DNA of 64,000 nt from an uncultured Ruminococcus sp. (GCA_964558485.1 CAZLED010000003.1:4571-68570), one strand, 5' to 3'; numbered from the stretch's first letter, positions 40,577-51,447 are shown. Program-made: numbers and translations. Notes: generated by a model from the sequence alone, not told the origin.

Positions 40577-41542
40577 TTATTCACCACACAAAATCCGGTC
40601 GTACCCACAAAGGTCAGCGTTGCCATACAGCGTAGCATAGTCTTCGCCCAGATAGCAACCAAAGGAAGTCACGGAGTCAAAGCCCAACTTCCGGTAGGCT
40701 GCCACGTCTGCCTGACACACACTTTCTCGTAGGTGAAATGCCTTCGGTGGTTTTTGCCAGCCGGAGAAGAGGGAATTGTCCATCCAATAGTCTAACACCT
40801 TGGCATCCGCTTTGCCAAAGAGGTCGAGCAGTGCCGGCACTGTGGCCGTTTCTGCCCGGTTTTGTTCGCAGCCTTCGTCAAAGAGCGGTCGGTCGTGGTC
40901 CCGATGGATGGGTGCGTATTCCAAAAATACGTTGTGCCGGGGGGCGATGGTCGGTGGTACTAGGGTAGCGCAATACGCCAGATAGCTCTGCTTGGCACCG
41001 GGTCTGCCAGCTTCCAAGCCTTCCGCAATGGCGTTGGTCAGCAGCATACACTGATCGGACGGGCTCAGGTCACGGCACTTTTCGCACATACACCCGGCAG
41101 AGGCCACATCGTCGATCCAGAAGTGGTACTTGCCGGTGGTGGGCACGAAAATTTTCGCCAGCGCACAGGCCCGTTCCCGGATATAGTCCAGCACGTCCGG
41201 TTCGCCCACACAGCAGTTGAACTGAGGTGTCCGCTGCCCATGCTCGTCCATGCGGAACCAGTGGGGGTGCGTGGCAAACTTGTCTCGTTCCAGCATCCAG
41301 GACAGGGCGTGCATCTCAAACTCGATCTCGATCCCGGCCTTCTCCATGCGGCTCTGGAACCTGGCCCATGCCGGTGTGGAGAGCATATGGATGGCCTCTT
41401 CCATGGTCTGGTGCGCATCGGTACCGCCGGCCGGATGGATCCCCACCACGTTCAGGTGCAGTCCTTCGCCAGTGAGCCGGTCTGCCCAATAGTCGGTCAG
41501 CGCATCCTCCGCATGGATCACGATCCCACGATGTGTCAGCAT
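40577..41542 (-). CDS. DUF4838-like / glycoside hydrolase-like TIM-barrel protein
   Basis: HP.WFRMDE.GQR....NCC, DLSPSDQ...LTN.IA and YLAY..T..PP. Confidence 0.55.
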   Translation of the reverse strand: MLTHRGIVIHAEDALTDYWADRLTGEGLHLNVVGIHPAGGTDAHQTMEEAIHMLSTPAWARFQSRMEKAGIEIEFEMHALSWMLERDKFATHPHWFRMDEHGQRTPQFNCCVGEPDVLDYIRERACALAKIFVPTTGKYHFWIDDVASAGCMCEKCRDLSPSDQCMLLTNAIAEGLEAGRPGAKQSYLAYCATLVPPTIAPRHNVFLEYAPIHRDHDRPLFDEGCEQNRAETATVPALLDLFGKADAKVLDYWMDNSLFSGWQKPPKAFHLRESVCQADVAAYRKLGFDSVTSFGCYLGEDYATLYGNADLCGYDRILCGE

Positions 41543-42262
41543 TTATTCTGCCTCGTAGCCCAGCTCGTCCATTTCGGCCTGGAAGAAGTCAAACATATGC
41601 ACGCCGTCGTCGGTCTTGTAGCGGCCTACGGAGTCGGGGCGCATCTCGATCTTCGCCATGGGAATGCCAAGGAACTTTTCCAGTCTGGCTAAGGTCTCGT
41701 CCTGATGGAACACCATATCCTCGAAGCGCACGGAGATCAGATTCTTCGGTGCGGGGGTGGCGTGCATGATCTCTCTCTGGTAGTACCAGCTGATGGCACG
41801 ATTGGTGCGCACGTCGTCGGTCTTGTCGTACTGGATGCCGAAGGTGTTCAGATCGTCGGTCACGTGTGCGCCTAAGATGCAGTCACGGGGATCACGCACC
41901 CAATGGATGTACTTGATGTCGGGGAACATCCGTACGATCCAGGGATAAACCAGCGTGGTCTCCGGGATCTTCCAGCCTTTGTTTTCCGCCTTGGATTCTA
42001 GCACGGAGTGGAGAAAGCCCTCGATCAGGGTCTTGAATTCCTGGGGGATCTCGCAGGTCAGGGCACGGGAGAAGTCCCATTTGTTGTTGCCCAGATAGTC
42101 AACATAGTGTGCGAATACCCGGCAGGCATCGTACATTTGCTCCGGTGGGATCAGGTCGCCGGACTTGTTCAGGGGTTCGCCCATAAACACGCCGCTGGCC
42201 GTTAAGGTGTGGGACATAGACCGGGTGCCGCCATGTCCTCTGCCGATCACAGTGATCATCAT
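41543..42262 (-). CDS. Sulfotransferase family protein
   Basis: 5'-PSB-like GRGHGGTR, WGWKIP-like GWKIPET, 3'-PB-like WVRDPRD and VRFED. Confidence 0.8.
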   Translation of the reverse strand: MMITVIGRGHGGTRSMSHTLTASGVFMGEPLNKSGDLIPPEQMYDACRVFAHYVDYLGNNKWDFSRALTCEIPQEFKTLIEGFLHSVLESKAENKGWKIPETTLVYPWIVRMFPDIKYIHWVRDPRDCILGAHVTDDLNTFGIQYDKTDDVRTNRAISWYYQREIMHATPAPKNLISVRFEDMVFHQDETLARLEKFLGIPMAKIEMRPDSVGRYKTDDGVHMFDFFQAEMDELGYEAE

Positions 42263-42428
42263 ATGTGTAGTCCTCCAATAAGTTAAGGATGTTTTTTGTA
42301 CGGTATCAGTGTACCATGTTTGCCGGGATTTGTCAAGAGGGGATTTTGGAGAAAGCTTTAATGCTACGGGAGCAAAAAAAGCCTATCTCCATTTTTATGA
42401 AGATAAGCTTTTGATACAGAGTGTTTAC

Positions 42429-42926
42429 TTAAGATACTTCCTTCACATAATCCAATCTATCGTGATAGTAACATCCAAGCATATTCGATAGAGCGTTGCA
42501 ATACCAGTAGTTCGTTACATATGTGACACCATCGATGGTAACGGTTCCCATTTCTCGTCCGAAAAAGGAGGTCGATCTACCAGGGCAGATCGTGTGTACT
42601 TCTCCATTTTCCATATATACTTTCAACACTTGGTTTCCACCGCCCAATGTCATTTCATCTTTCCAGGAGATCCAGCTATAGGGAAAATACAATTTCAAAC
42701 GATACACGCACGAAAAGAAATCTGCATCAGAGGAAGGCAACTCATATTCCACTTCGTGTACACCCAACGTATAGGTATATTTTTCAATATCATTACGCTT
42801 TTCGATGGAACGAAATGATTCATAAGTAAAACCGGTGGTCATGTAGGCTTGCAATGCAACCACTATGGTGAGAAGTACGATTACAACGATGCATAAGGTT
42901 AACGTAACTTTGTACCGTTTTGCCAT
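42429..42926 (-). CDS. Hypothetical membrane-anchored protein (AT-rich)
   Basis: RBS GAGGAG and an N-terminal TM helix. Confidence 0.6.
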   Translation of the reverse strand: MAKRYKVTLTLCIVVIVLLTIVVALQAYMTTGFTYESFRSIEKRNDIEKYTYTLGVHEVEYELPSSDADFFSCVYRLKLYFPYSWISWKDEMTLGGGNQVLKVYMENGEVHTICPGRSTSFFGREMGTVTIDGVTYVTNYWYCNALSNMLGCYYHDRLDYVKEVS

Positions 42927-43338
42927 ATGGAATCTCCTCAATATATGGAAACGTATTTCTCCAGAATCAACAAATTACCAGAGTTGGGACTTTCGTATGT
43001 ATATTCACCGTAATAATTTTGGTATTCATCGGTTTGCACGATCAAGTTTGGATGCAGAATTCCTCTCGACTGTGTACGCCATGTATTACTGTTTCTTGTA
43101 ACTCTATTGTACACGATTTATGTTGTGCTGTCAACATCTGTTCAAAAGAAAAATTATATTTATATAGATGCGGAAAAATCCATGCCTGAATTTATGTATT
43201 TTAGCTGAAACAAATTTGCGAACAAATTATTGCGGCGTGTCAATCGTATTTCTAACTTTGCATCTCCCCTCTGCATATACTGTCCATAGACGCAAATGTG
43301 TGTCTATCTCGTACCCCAAAAGCAGGAGGAAACAAAAA

Positions 43339-44196
43339 ATGGCAACCTTTCAAAACCGGGCGACCCTGTCTCTTGGCAATACCGTGATCAACTCCAACGT
43401 GGTGCAGGGTGAGATCACCGAGGTTTTGCAGCTGACCAAAACCGCAGTCCGTGGGGCCTATGTGCCGGGTGACACCGTGACCTACGCCGTCAGCATCCGT
43501 AACTCCGGCACAGCACCCTACACCAACCTGACCCTCACCGATGACTTAGGTGCCTACACCTTTGGGGACACCACCCTGACGCCGTTGACCTACGTGGATG
43601 GCTCCGTGCTGGTGTACGAAAACGGCACCCTGCAGCAGACCCCCACCGTCACCGCACCCTTGACCATCACCGGGCTGACCGTACCGGCCGGCGGCAATCT
43701 GCTGGTGGTCTACAGTGCCGTGGTCAATCGCTATGCACCACCGGCCTCCGGTTCTACCATCCGCAACACAGCGACCCTGTCCGGTGGTGGCATGACCACC
43801 TCGCTGACTGCTGCCGAGACCATCACAGCAGAGGACAGCCCGGCACTGACCATCACCAAAGCCATTTGCCCGGCAGTGATCACGGACAACGGCACGGTGA
43901 CCTACACCTTTGTGATCCAGAACACGGGCAATACCCCGGTGACAGCCGCCGACGAAGCCGTGATCGCCGATACCTTTGAGACCACCGCCACAGGGCTCAC
44001 CGTCACCTTTGCCGGTCAGCCCTGGACGGAAGGCACCGACTACACCTACGACAACACCACAGGACAGTTCACCACCACCGGCACCATCACCGTTCCGGCA
44101 GCCACCTACACCCAGGACAGCACCACCGGCGAATGGATACTGCAGCCCGGCGTGGCAGAGCTGGTGATCACCGCTGCCGGTGTGCAGGTGCGGTGA
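43339..44196 (+). CDS. DUF11-like repeat-domain protein (two Ig-like, Thr-rich domains)
   Basis: RBS AGGAGG. LTKTA..G.Y.PGDTVTYAVSI.N and ITKA......NGTVTYTFVIQN. Confidence 0.7.
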   Translation: MATFQNRATLSLGNTVINSNVVQGEITEVLQLTKTAVRGAYVPGDTVTYAVSIRNSGTAPYTNLTLTDDLGAYTFGDTTLTPLTYVDGSVLVYENGTLQQTPTVTAPLTITGLTVPAGGNLLVVYSAVVNRYAPPASGSTIRNTATLSGGGMTTSLTAAETITAEDSPALTITKAICPAVITDNGTVTYTFVIQNTGNTPVTAADEAVIADTFETTATGLTVTFAGQPWTEGTDYTYDNTTGQFTTTGTITVPAATYTQDSTTGEWILQPGVAELVITAAGVQVR

Positions 44197-44313
44197 CAAA
44201 TGCCCGTGCCCGACCGAATAGATCCGGCAAGCGCATACAAGATCCGAAAGAAAAAATACGGTGGGTACTTTTGGGGTACCTACCGTATTTTCATGGGTGC
44301 GCAAGGGCACGAC

Positions 44314-45216
44314 TTATCTTCTGTTCTTTCTGGACAGGGTGAAACCAGCGGCAGATACAACAGCAGCTGCAGCAGCGATCACGCCAGCATCGAAGGTCTG
44401 GGGAGCAGCAACTTCGCCGGCAGCGGCATCGTCGGCCACCACTTCGGCTTCAGTAGTGGTAGCTTCCGGCAGAGCGTCTACCAGGGTAGCCATGAACCAC
44501 TTGGTGCCGGCTTCTTCGGTGTAGCCACCCAGCTGTACAGCCTGCATGGGCTCGGTCATGTCAGAGGACATTTCCAGTACACGCTGTGCGGTGATGAATT
44601 CCAGGCCGGAAGAAATGGAGCTTTCCGCAGCCAGGTTCTTGTCCCACTTTACAGCCACTTCGTATACGGTGGTGCCGGCTTCCTTGTCGTGTACTACCTT
44701 GTAACCAGAGGTAGCAGCATCGCCGCCAACTACATCCAGACCGGTCTCAGCGATCTCATGGTAGAAGTATACGTTGCCATCGTTGCACAGAGCGAACCAG
44801 TACTTGGAGGTGTCGCCCAGGTCTTCGGATTCCACGTCGCTCTTCATGTCGAAGCGAATGGAGTCACCGCACCAGGGGTTTCCACCGGGCTCGGTCGGGT
44901 TGGTGTGGTCGGTATCGCCGATCACGCAGCAGAAATACAGATTGGTCTCGTCCCATCTGTAGTAACCCTTGATATCCTTCGAGGTGTGGCCAGCGGCGGG
45001 GTCGGTCACATACTGACCGATGTTGCTGCTGTCGATGCTTACCAGGGGTTCGCCCCAGCCTTCTGCAGGGTCAAAGATACCATCGATGGTGGGGGTCACG
45101 CTGCCCACTCTGGGAATCTCCAGTTCTGCGGTACGTTCTGCGGGAAGAGCACCCACCTGTGCAGCCAGAGCAGCTACCAGCAGGATCGTCATAACACCGG
45201 CTTGTACTTTTCTCAT
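44314..45216 (-). CDS. Secreted DOMON/CBM9-like protein with APQTFD sorting signal
   Basis: Start MRKVQAG, TPTIDGIFD..EGW, RWDETNLYF, then APQTFD, a hydrophobic helix and an RKNRR tail. Confidence 0.72.
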   Translation of the reverse strand: MRKVQAGVMTILLVAALAAQVGALPAERTAELEIPRVGSVTPTIDGIFDPAEGWGEPLVSIDSSNIGQYVTDPAAGHTSKDIKGYYRWDETNLYFCCVIGDTDHTNPTEPGGNPWCGDSIRFDMKSDVESEDLGDTSKYWFALCNDGNVYFYHEIAETGLDVVGGDAATSGYKVVHDKEAGTTVYEVAVKWDKNLAAESSISSGLEFITAQRVLEMSSDMTEPMQAVQLGGYTEEAGTKWFMATLVDALPEATTTEAEVVADDAAAGEVAAPQTFDAGVIAAAAAVVSAAGFTLSRKNRR

Positions 45217-45428
45217 GATGCATTCTCCTTTGTGATATATAAAAACTTCTGATTGTCGGTCCTGCAGCCGGTGTCGATCGTCGGACACAGGGAGCAAGCC
45301 AGCTACAATTGTACCACAAAATTTCAGTGAAAATATGGAATTTCTATGAACAAGACCATGTTTGGCAATAAAATACGGCAGGTATGAGAAATGCCTACCG
45401 TATTTTATACATTTGTACAACTTCGTAC

Positions 45429-48326
45429 TTATCGATCAAACAGAGGCGCAAAGGTGATGCGGCCGCTGGCTGGATCGGATTCCACCAGGCGTGCCTGCAT
45501 TCTGGTGCCCAGCGTATACAACGCACCACGGGAACGCAGGGTGCAGAAGGCCTCGTTGATGGTGGCATCCGGGAACAGCGGTGTGGGGATCATGCCCTCC
45601 ACCAGATTGTCGCAGCGGACGAACAGACCAAATTTCAGCACGGACACCACGGTCACGTCGAACACCTGTCCCACCTTGTCGGTCATGTACAGCGCCATAT
45701 ACAGATCCTCGATCTTACGCTGTGCCTGCAATGCCTGGATCTCTGTGACAGAAGAAGACACACCACGCTCCGGTGCCGCCTGGGCTAAGATCTCCGGGAA
45801 CGCTTCCTTAGGCAGGGTCGTCTCCGATGTCAGCCGACCGTTTTCGGTATAGGGCAGCACGGCAGTCAGCACATTGTGGACGAACAGGTCCGGATACCGG
45901 CGAATGGGGGAAGTGAAGTGGCAGTAGGTGGCGGCACCCAGACCAAAGTGGGCGCCCGGTTCAGCTACATATTTTGCCTTGGCCATGGTCCGCTGCAGCA
46001 CCGTGGAGACGATGTCCCCGATCTCCCGACGATAAGCTTCGGCTAAGATCCCGGAGAATTTATCGGCCAGCCCCGTTTTGCCTGCGCTGGTGTCAAACAC
46101 CCCTTTGTTGTTGACCAGCCCGAAGGTGGGCAGTCCCAGATTGTGGACATAGGTGGCAAAGGATTTCAGCCGTTCCTGTAAGGGTGTATCGTGGGTGCGG
46201 TACAGGCAGGGCAGCTCCAGGGAATGCAGAGTCTCTGCCACGGCCATATTGGCTTGCAGCATGAACTGTTCGATGATCTTTTCGGCGTCTCCCCGTTCCT
46301 GCCGCAAAATCTCCACCGGTGCGCCACTTTCGTCCAGCACGATCCTGGCTTCCGTATCGGACAGCTCCAGTACGCCACGACTGCGGGCCTGCTTTTTCAG
46401 TACCCGATACAGGGTCTGCATTTCCCACAGCATGGGCAGCACCAGCCGATATTTGTCGGTGAGGACCTCGTCCTCGGTGCCCGTCAGCAACGCATTGACT
46501 TCGCTGTAGACACCCCGTACGGCAGTACGCAGCAGCGATTTGTAGATCTCCACCTTTTTCCGTTGTCCGTTGGGAGAGAGGGTGATCTCACAGGTGATGG
46601 CGTATTTGTCTTCTCCGGCGTTCAGGGAACAGGCACCGTTGGACAGGGCCTCCGGCAGCATGGGGATCACCTTGTCCGTGAAGTACACGCTGGTGCCCCG
46701 GCGTCTGGCTTCCTTTTCCAGACAGGAGCCATAGGGCACATAATGGGACACATCCGCAATGTGTACGCCCAATACCCAGTCGCCGTTCAGATTTTTCCGC
46801 AGCGATACGGCATCGTCCAGATCCTTGGCGTCGGCGCTGTCGATGGTCATCAGGATCTGATCCCGCAGGTCCACACGACCCATATAGGTCAGCGGCTGTG
46901 CGGCGACGACTTCTGCGGCGGTTTTCACATAGGTTGGAAACTCCGTCCGGATCTGGCAGGTGTGCAGAATGGAGGCATAGTTGGCTTCCCGGCTCTTACC
47001 GCTGCCAAACACCGTGCCGATCTTGCCCCTGGTGTCAAAGACGGGGATCTCGTCCAGGGGATTTCGGTCGGGCTTTTGCGGAACGGTGATGGTGCGGGAA
47101 CGGGTGAAGGCAGGCTCCCCATCGGGCACGACCTCTACCTTGTCGCCGCTTTGGGCACCGATCATGGCGCAGTCCTCCGGCGACACATACACCAGCACCC
47201 GGAGCTTGTCGTTGTCCGGCTTCACCATGGCGTAGGTGTCGGCAATGGTCAGAACGCCCGTGATGGATACGCAGGCTCGTTCCAGAACATCGGTGACTTC
47301 CCCTTCGGCACTGTGCGCCACACCGGCCTTGGTGCTGGGACGACGGTTCACACGGACCCGAACCAGGTCACCGCTCATAGCACCCAGGGACGCACGGGGA
47401 TAGATGAAGATATCCTCACCAAGGCTTTCCTCCGGGTTTTCGGGAATGGCAAACCCAAAGCCTCTGCCACTGTAGCTGAACCGGCAATCGACAAAGATCT
47501 CCTGCTCCTTGGCAGGCTGTGGTGGTGTGACCTCGGTGGCCGCTTTCTTTTTCTTCTTCTTTTTCTTCTTTTTGGCAGCTGCCGTCAATTCCTGTACAGC
47601 CTGTTCGATCTGCTGTGCAGCGGATTCTTCAGCGGCAGCATCGGCCACTGACTCTGCTACTTCGGTTGGTGTAGCTTCTGGAATCGGCTCGGCAACGTTC
47701 GACACCGGTTCGATCACTTCCGGAATCGGTTCAGCAGCTTCGGTCACCGGTTCGGCTGTTTCGGTCACCGGTTCAGCAACTTCGGGAATCGGTTCGGCTA
47801 CTTCCGGTACCGCTTCGGCTTTCTTTTTTTTCTTGGCTTTTGTCTGGCCTTCGATCTGGCCTTCGACCTTGGCAGGTGTGCTCTTTTCCGGTGTGACTAC
47901 GATCGGCGTTGGCGTGGCGTCGGCAGCTTCCTGCACCGGTGTGGGTTCGGTGACCACGGCAGCATCGATCGGTTTCCCCTTTTTGCTTTTTTTCACCGGC
48001 TTCGGTGTGACCTCCACAACGGCCTCCGGCTGCGGTGTCTTGCTCTTTCCCTTGCCCAGGGTATGGGTCAGGGTGTTGGTACCGGCAGCTCTGGCAGCAT
48101 CGGTGACCTGACCGGCCTTATGCGTCGTGCCCGGTTTGCCTTCGACAATGATGGCATCCCGACCGGAGCTCTGTCGTTTGCGGCTGGGCTTTGGGTCTGC
48201 ATCCGCTGTGGGTGTGGGAAAAGCAAAGCCGCCGCCGGTAAAGCGGACCTTACGTGTGCGGATCCCGGAGGTGTCGTCTGCCGGTGTGGTTCTTTTGGGT
48301 GGTTTGGTATTTCTTTTACTTATCAA
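45429..48326 (-). CDS. rnr: Ribonuclease R with a long disordered N-terminal extension
   Basis: GFGFA CSD, TIDSADAKDLDDA, HIADVSHYV, HFTSPIRRYPDL and a C-terminal S1 domain. Likely TTG start after GAAAGGA. Confidence 0.92.
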   Translation of the reverse strand: MISKRNTKPPKRTTPADDTSGIRTRKVRFTGGGFAFPTPTADADPKPSRKRQSSGRDAIIVEGKPGTTHKAGQVTDAARAAGTNTLTHTLGKGKSKTPQPEAVVEVTPKPVKKSKKGKPIDAAVVTEPTPVQEAADATPTPIVVTPEKSTPAKVEGQIEGQTKAKKKKKAEAVPEVAEPIPEVAEPVTETAEPVTEAAEPIPEVIEPVSNVAEPIPEATPTEVAESVADAAAEESAAQQIEQAVQELTAAAKKKKKKKKKKAATEVTPPQPAKEQEIFVDCRFSYSGRGFGFAIPENPEESLGEDIFIYPRASLGAMSGDLVRVRVNRRPSTKAGVAHSAEGEVTDVLERACVSITGVLTIADTYAMVKPDNDKLRVLVYVSPEDCAMIGAQSGDKVEVVPDGEPAFTRSRTITVPQKPDRNPLDEIPVFDTRGKIGTVFGSGKSREANYASILHTCQIRTEFPTYVKTAAEVVAAQPLTYMGRVDLRDQILMTIDSADAKDLDDAVSLRKNLNGDWVLGVHIADVSHYVPYGSCLEKEARRRGTSVYFTDKVIPMLPEALSNGACSLNAGEDKYAITCEITLSPNGQRKKVEIYKSLLRTAVRGVYSEVNALLTGTEDEVLTDKYRLVLPMLWEMQTLYRVLKKQARSRGVLELSDTEARIVLDESGAPVEILRQERGDAEKIIEQFMLQANMAVAETLHSLELPCLYRTHDTPLQERLKSFATYVHNLGLPTFGLVNNKGVFDTSAGKTGLADKFSGILAEAYRREIGDIVSTVLQRTMAKAKYVAEPGAHFGLGAATYCHFTSPIRRYPDLFVHNVLTAVLPYTENGRLTSETTLPKEAFPEILAQAAPERGVSSSVTEIQALQAQRKIEDLYMALYMTDKVGQVFDVTVVSVLKFGLFVRCDNLVEGMIPTPLFPDATINEAFCTLRSRGALYTLGTRMQARLVESDPASGRITFAPLFDR

Positions 48327-48515
48327 ATGAACATCCTTTCCGTGGCTGAAAATTTTGTGTGGGTTCCTTTGTGACCATAGGGTTTCCAAAAGGCAGTGGT
48401 GGCATACGGTCGATCTATTTCCAGAGTTTCTGTGATTCTCACGCTTTGCACATATTCCAATATGTGATGAAAAAAGCGGAACCCATAGGAGTCCCGCTTT
48501 TGGCCTATCTCGATC

Positions 48516-48905
48516 TTATTCTGCAGCGCCGTCTTCACCAGCTGCTTCAGCATCGGTGTCTACCGCATCAGCGTCAGCGTCAACATCCGCTGCGTCAGTC
48601 TCTTCGCCGGTCACGGTCTCCACGTTGGCGGAATCCAGTACGGCATTGGACAGCAGGCTGCTGTAGTCAGTGGTATCCTGCATCAGGTAGGACACCAGCA
48701 CCAGTACACAGAAGACGATCGCAACCACGGTGGTCAGCTTGGACAGCTTCTTGTCCAGCGTAGAGCCCTTGGTCTTGCCGAAGAAGGTCTCAGCACCGCC
48801 GGCGATGGTACCGGACAGGTTGTGATCCTTGCCGTTCTGCATCAGTACAGCAACGACCAGGAAAATAGCGGCGATGATCAGAATAATGCCAATTGCGACT
48901 TGCAT
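48516..48905 (-). CDS. secG: Preprotein translocase subunit SecG with an acidic tail
   Basis: VLMQ.GK...LSG.I.GGA ETFFGK.K. Upstream of rnr. Confidence 0.9.
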   Translation of the reverse strand: MQVAIGIILIIAAIFLVVAVLMQNGKDHNLSGTIAGGAETFFGKTKGSTLDKKLSKLTTVVAIVFCVLVLVSYLMQDTTDYSSLLSNAVLDSANVETVTGEETDAADVDADADAVDTDAEAAGEDGAAE

Positions 48906-49216
48906 AATAGCCTCCATACTCTGCGTTGTGTTTTTTGGAAAATAGATATGGGCACAAGGATACCCTTATAAAACCACTTAGCTTATCTATTGTACCATAT
49001 TCTCTCCCCAAATGCAATAGTATTGGGGAAATTTCTTAAAAAAATTTTTCATAGATTTTGTAAAAATATCGGCCTGTGCCGTACACCCTGGAACCGACTT
49101 GCCGGATTGTGTCAAAGATACGGACTTGCAAAGCGGCGCCTTTTGTGCTATACTATACACGAAAACCATAGCCAACGCATCCGCATGGACTATATATATA
49201 AAGGAAGTATCTCATC

Positions 49217-49708
49217 ATGCAGACACGACTGTACACACCGGCCGACGTTGCCGCCATGACCCATATCTGGAATACCGTTGTCCGGGACGGCATTGCCTTT
49301 CCCCAGACCGAAGCGCTTTCCATCTCCGCAGCCGAAGCGTTTTTTGCGTCCCAAACGGCGTGCGGCGTGGTGGAAGAAAATGGTACGATTTTGGGAATGT
49401 ACATCCTGCATCCCAACAACATCGGTCGCTGTGGCCATATCGCCAACGCCAGCTATGCGGTTTCCGCCGATCACCGTAGCCGTGGGGTAGGAGAGATGCT
49501 GGTGCGGCACTGCATGACTACAGCCAAGGAACAGGGCTTTCGGATCCTGCAGTTCAATGCGGTAGTGGCCACCAATGCACCGGCTCGCCATTTGTACGAG
49601 AAGCTGGGCTTTGTTCCCTTGGGCACCATTCCCGGCGGCTTTCGTATGGGCGACACACCGGAGGACATCCGCTACGAGGATATCGTGGTGTATTACCATG
49701 TGCTGTGA
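49217..49708 (+). CDS. GNAT family N-acetyltransferase
   Basis: NASYAV...RSRGVG, QFNAVV..N..A..LYEKLGF. Confidence 0.9.
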   Translation: MQTRLYTPADVAAMTHIWNTVVRDGIAFPQTEALSISAAEAFFASQTACGVVEENGTILGMYILHPNNIGRCGHIANASYAVSADHRSRGVGEMLVRHCMTTAKEQGFRILQFNAVVATNAPARHLYEKLGFVPLGTIPGGFRMGDTPEDIRYEDIVVYYHVL

Positions 49709-49981
49709 GAGAGCCATACGACAGAAGGAGTACTGCGGTGATACAGGCTATGGCATAGGGCTTTGCCAACGTGTGCACGAACGTCTCTGCCGCAGATAAA
49801 AAATTTCTGTAAAAATTCCCAAAAGAGCATTGCAATCCGGCGGCATATATGCTATACTATCCATGTAGACCTTTGACTTTTGCTCAAAAGAGATCGTTTG
49901 GCATTTCTCCGAAAGAAGAAAGGCAGCGCTTCTCTCCAAAGGGAAAAGTCGTAAACTTCTCATGAAAAGGAAGGTACATAT

Positions 49982-51157
49982 ATGGAACAGGTACGTTTTG
50001 GTGTTGTCGGGATCGGTAACATGGGTTCCGGACACGTGAAAAACCTATTCGAGGGCAAGGTCCCCGGCGCCGTTCTGGCAGCAGTCTGTGACCTGAAGCA
50101 GGATCGTCTGGATTGGGTCAAGAGCTTCTGTGGTGACGATGCAGATATCGCCTATTTCCAGGACTACAAGGAAATGCTGGCTTCCGGCAAGATCGATGCC
50201 GTGATGATCGCCACGCCCCACTATTTCCATCCCATCATCGGTATGGACGCATTTGATGCCGGTATCCATGTGCTCAGCGAAAAGCCCATTGGCGTATACA
50301 CCAAGAAGGTATACGAATTTATGGCAAAGGCCGAAGAGCATCCGGAGCTGACCTTTGGGATCATGTACAACCAGAGAACCGACCACTTCTACCAGAAGAT
50401 GCGTGAAATGGTACAAAACGGCGAGCTGGGTGAGTTGAAGCGCTGCATCTGGATCATCACCGACTGGTACCGTACCCAGGCATACTACAACTCCGGCGGA
50501 TGGAGAGCGACCTGGGCAGGCGAAGGTGGCGGTGTGCTGATGAACCAGTGTCCCCACAACCTGGACCTGTGGCAGTGGATCTTTGGTATGCCCAAGCGGA
50601 TCTTTGCCACCTGCGCACTGGGCAAGTACCACGACATCGAAGTAGAGGATGACGTGACCGCTATGGCCGAATATGAAAACGGCGCCACCGGCGTGTTCAT
50701 CACCACCACCGGCGAATATCCCGGCACCAACCGTCTGGAGATCACCGGTTCCAAGGGTAAGCTGGTATACGAAGCCGGCAAGCTGCGCTACACCAAGCTG
50801 GGCGTAGACGAACGGGAATTCACCTTCTCCACCGACCAGGGCTTTGCTTCCATTCCGTTGGAGACCACGGAACTGGAGATCGAAGGTGGTCACGGCGAAC
50901 AGCACGTTGGTATCCTGAAGAACTTCACCAACCACATCCTCCACGGCGAGCCGCTGCTGGCACCCGGTAAGGAAGGCGTGAACGGTCTGTCCATCTGCAA
51001 TGCCATGATGATGTCCTCCTGGACGAACCAGTGGGTAGACGTCAAGAACGACGGCGAAGCATTCTGGACACTGCTGCAGGAAAAGATCAAGACCTCCCGT
51101 GCCAAGGAAGACTCCGGTGTGGTATTCGACACCGAAGGCACCTATGGGAATAAGTAA
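49982..51157 (+). CDS. Gfo/Idh/MocA family oxidoreductase
   Basis: GVVGIGNMG, IATPHY.H, EKP, GGGVLMNQCPH.LD. Confidence 0.92.
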   Translation: MEQVRFGVVGIGNMGSGHVKNLFEGKVPGAVLAAVCDLKQDRLDWVKSFCGDDADIAYFQDYKEMLASGKIDAVMIATPHYFHPIIGMDAFDAGIHVLSEKPIGVYTKKVYEFMAKAEEHPELTFGIMYNQRTDHFYQKMREMVQNGELGELKRCIWIITDWYRTQAYYNSGGWRATWAGEGGGVLMNQCPHNLDLWQWIFGMPKRIFATCALGKYHDIEVEDDVTAMAEYENGATGVFITTTGEYPGTNRLEITGSKGKLVYEAGKLRYTKLGVDEREFTFSTDQGFASIPLETTELEIEGGHGEQHVGILKNFTNHILHGEPLLAPGKEGVNGLSICNAMMMSSWTNQWVDVKNDGEAFWTLLQEKIKTSRAKEDSGVVFDTEGTYGNK

Positions 51158-51240
51158 GAGATAAGAAGTCAGAAATAAGAAGTGGCAGACTTACACTATG
51201 GTGTGGGTCTGCCGCTTTTTTGTTGCGTTGGGAATCGTAT

Positions 51241-51447
51241 TTACCGATTCACTTTGGGATTGTCGGTTCGTTCCAGCAGGTAGTCTATAGACACATCGAA
51301 GTAGTCCGCAAACCGGATCAGGGTGGCATAATCCGCTTCCCGTGCTTCGGTCTCGTACCGGGAAATGCTGTTTTGGTTCATCCCCAGATCCATCGCCAGC
51401 TTCAGCTGGGAGATCTTCCGCTTTTGTCGTAATTCTTTCAGGCGCAT
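51241..51447 (-). CDS. XRE family HTH transcriptional regulator
   Basis: RLKELR....ISQ.KLA..L......ISRYE......D...LI..ADYF.VS.DYLL. Confidence 0.9.
   Translation of the reverse strand: MRLKELRQKRKISQLKLAMDLGMNQNSISRYETEAREADYATLIRFADYFDVSIDYLLERTDNPKVNR

Noticed and set aside
42940-43140. Protein-like open frame upstream of the 42926 gene
   Set aside because: No start codon or RBS, and too short to assign. At most a gene remnant.
49870-49955. Structured leader before the Gfo/Idh/MocA gene (GACTTTT/AAAAGTC, GAAA loop)
   Set aside because: Weak stems, no terminator and no match to a riboswitch consensus I can support.
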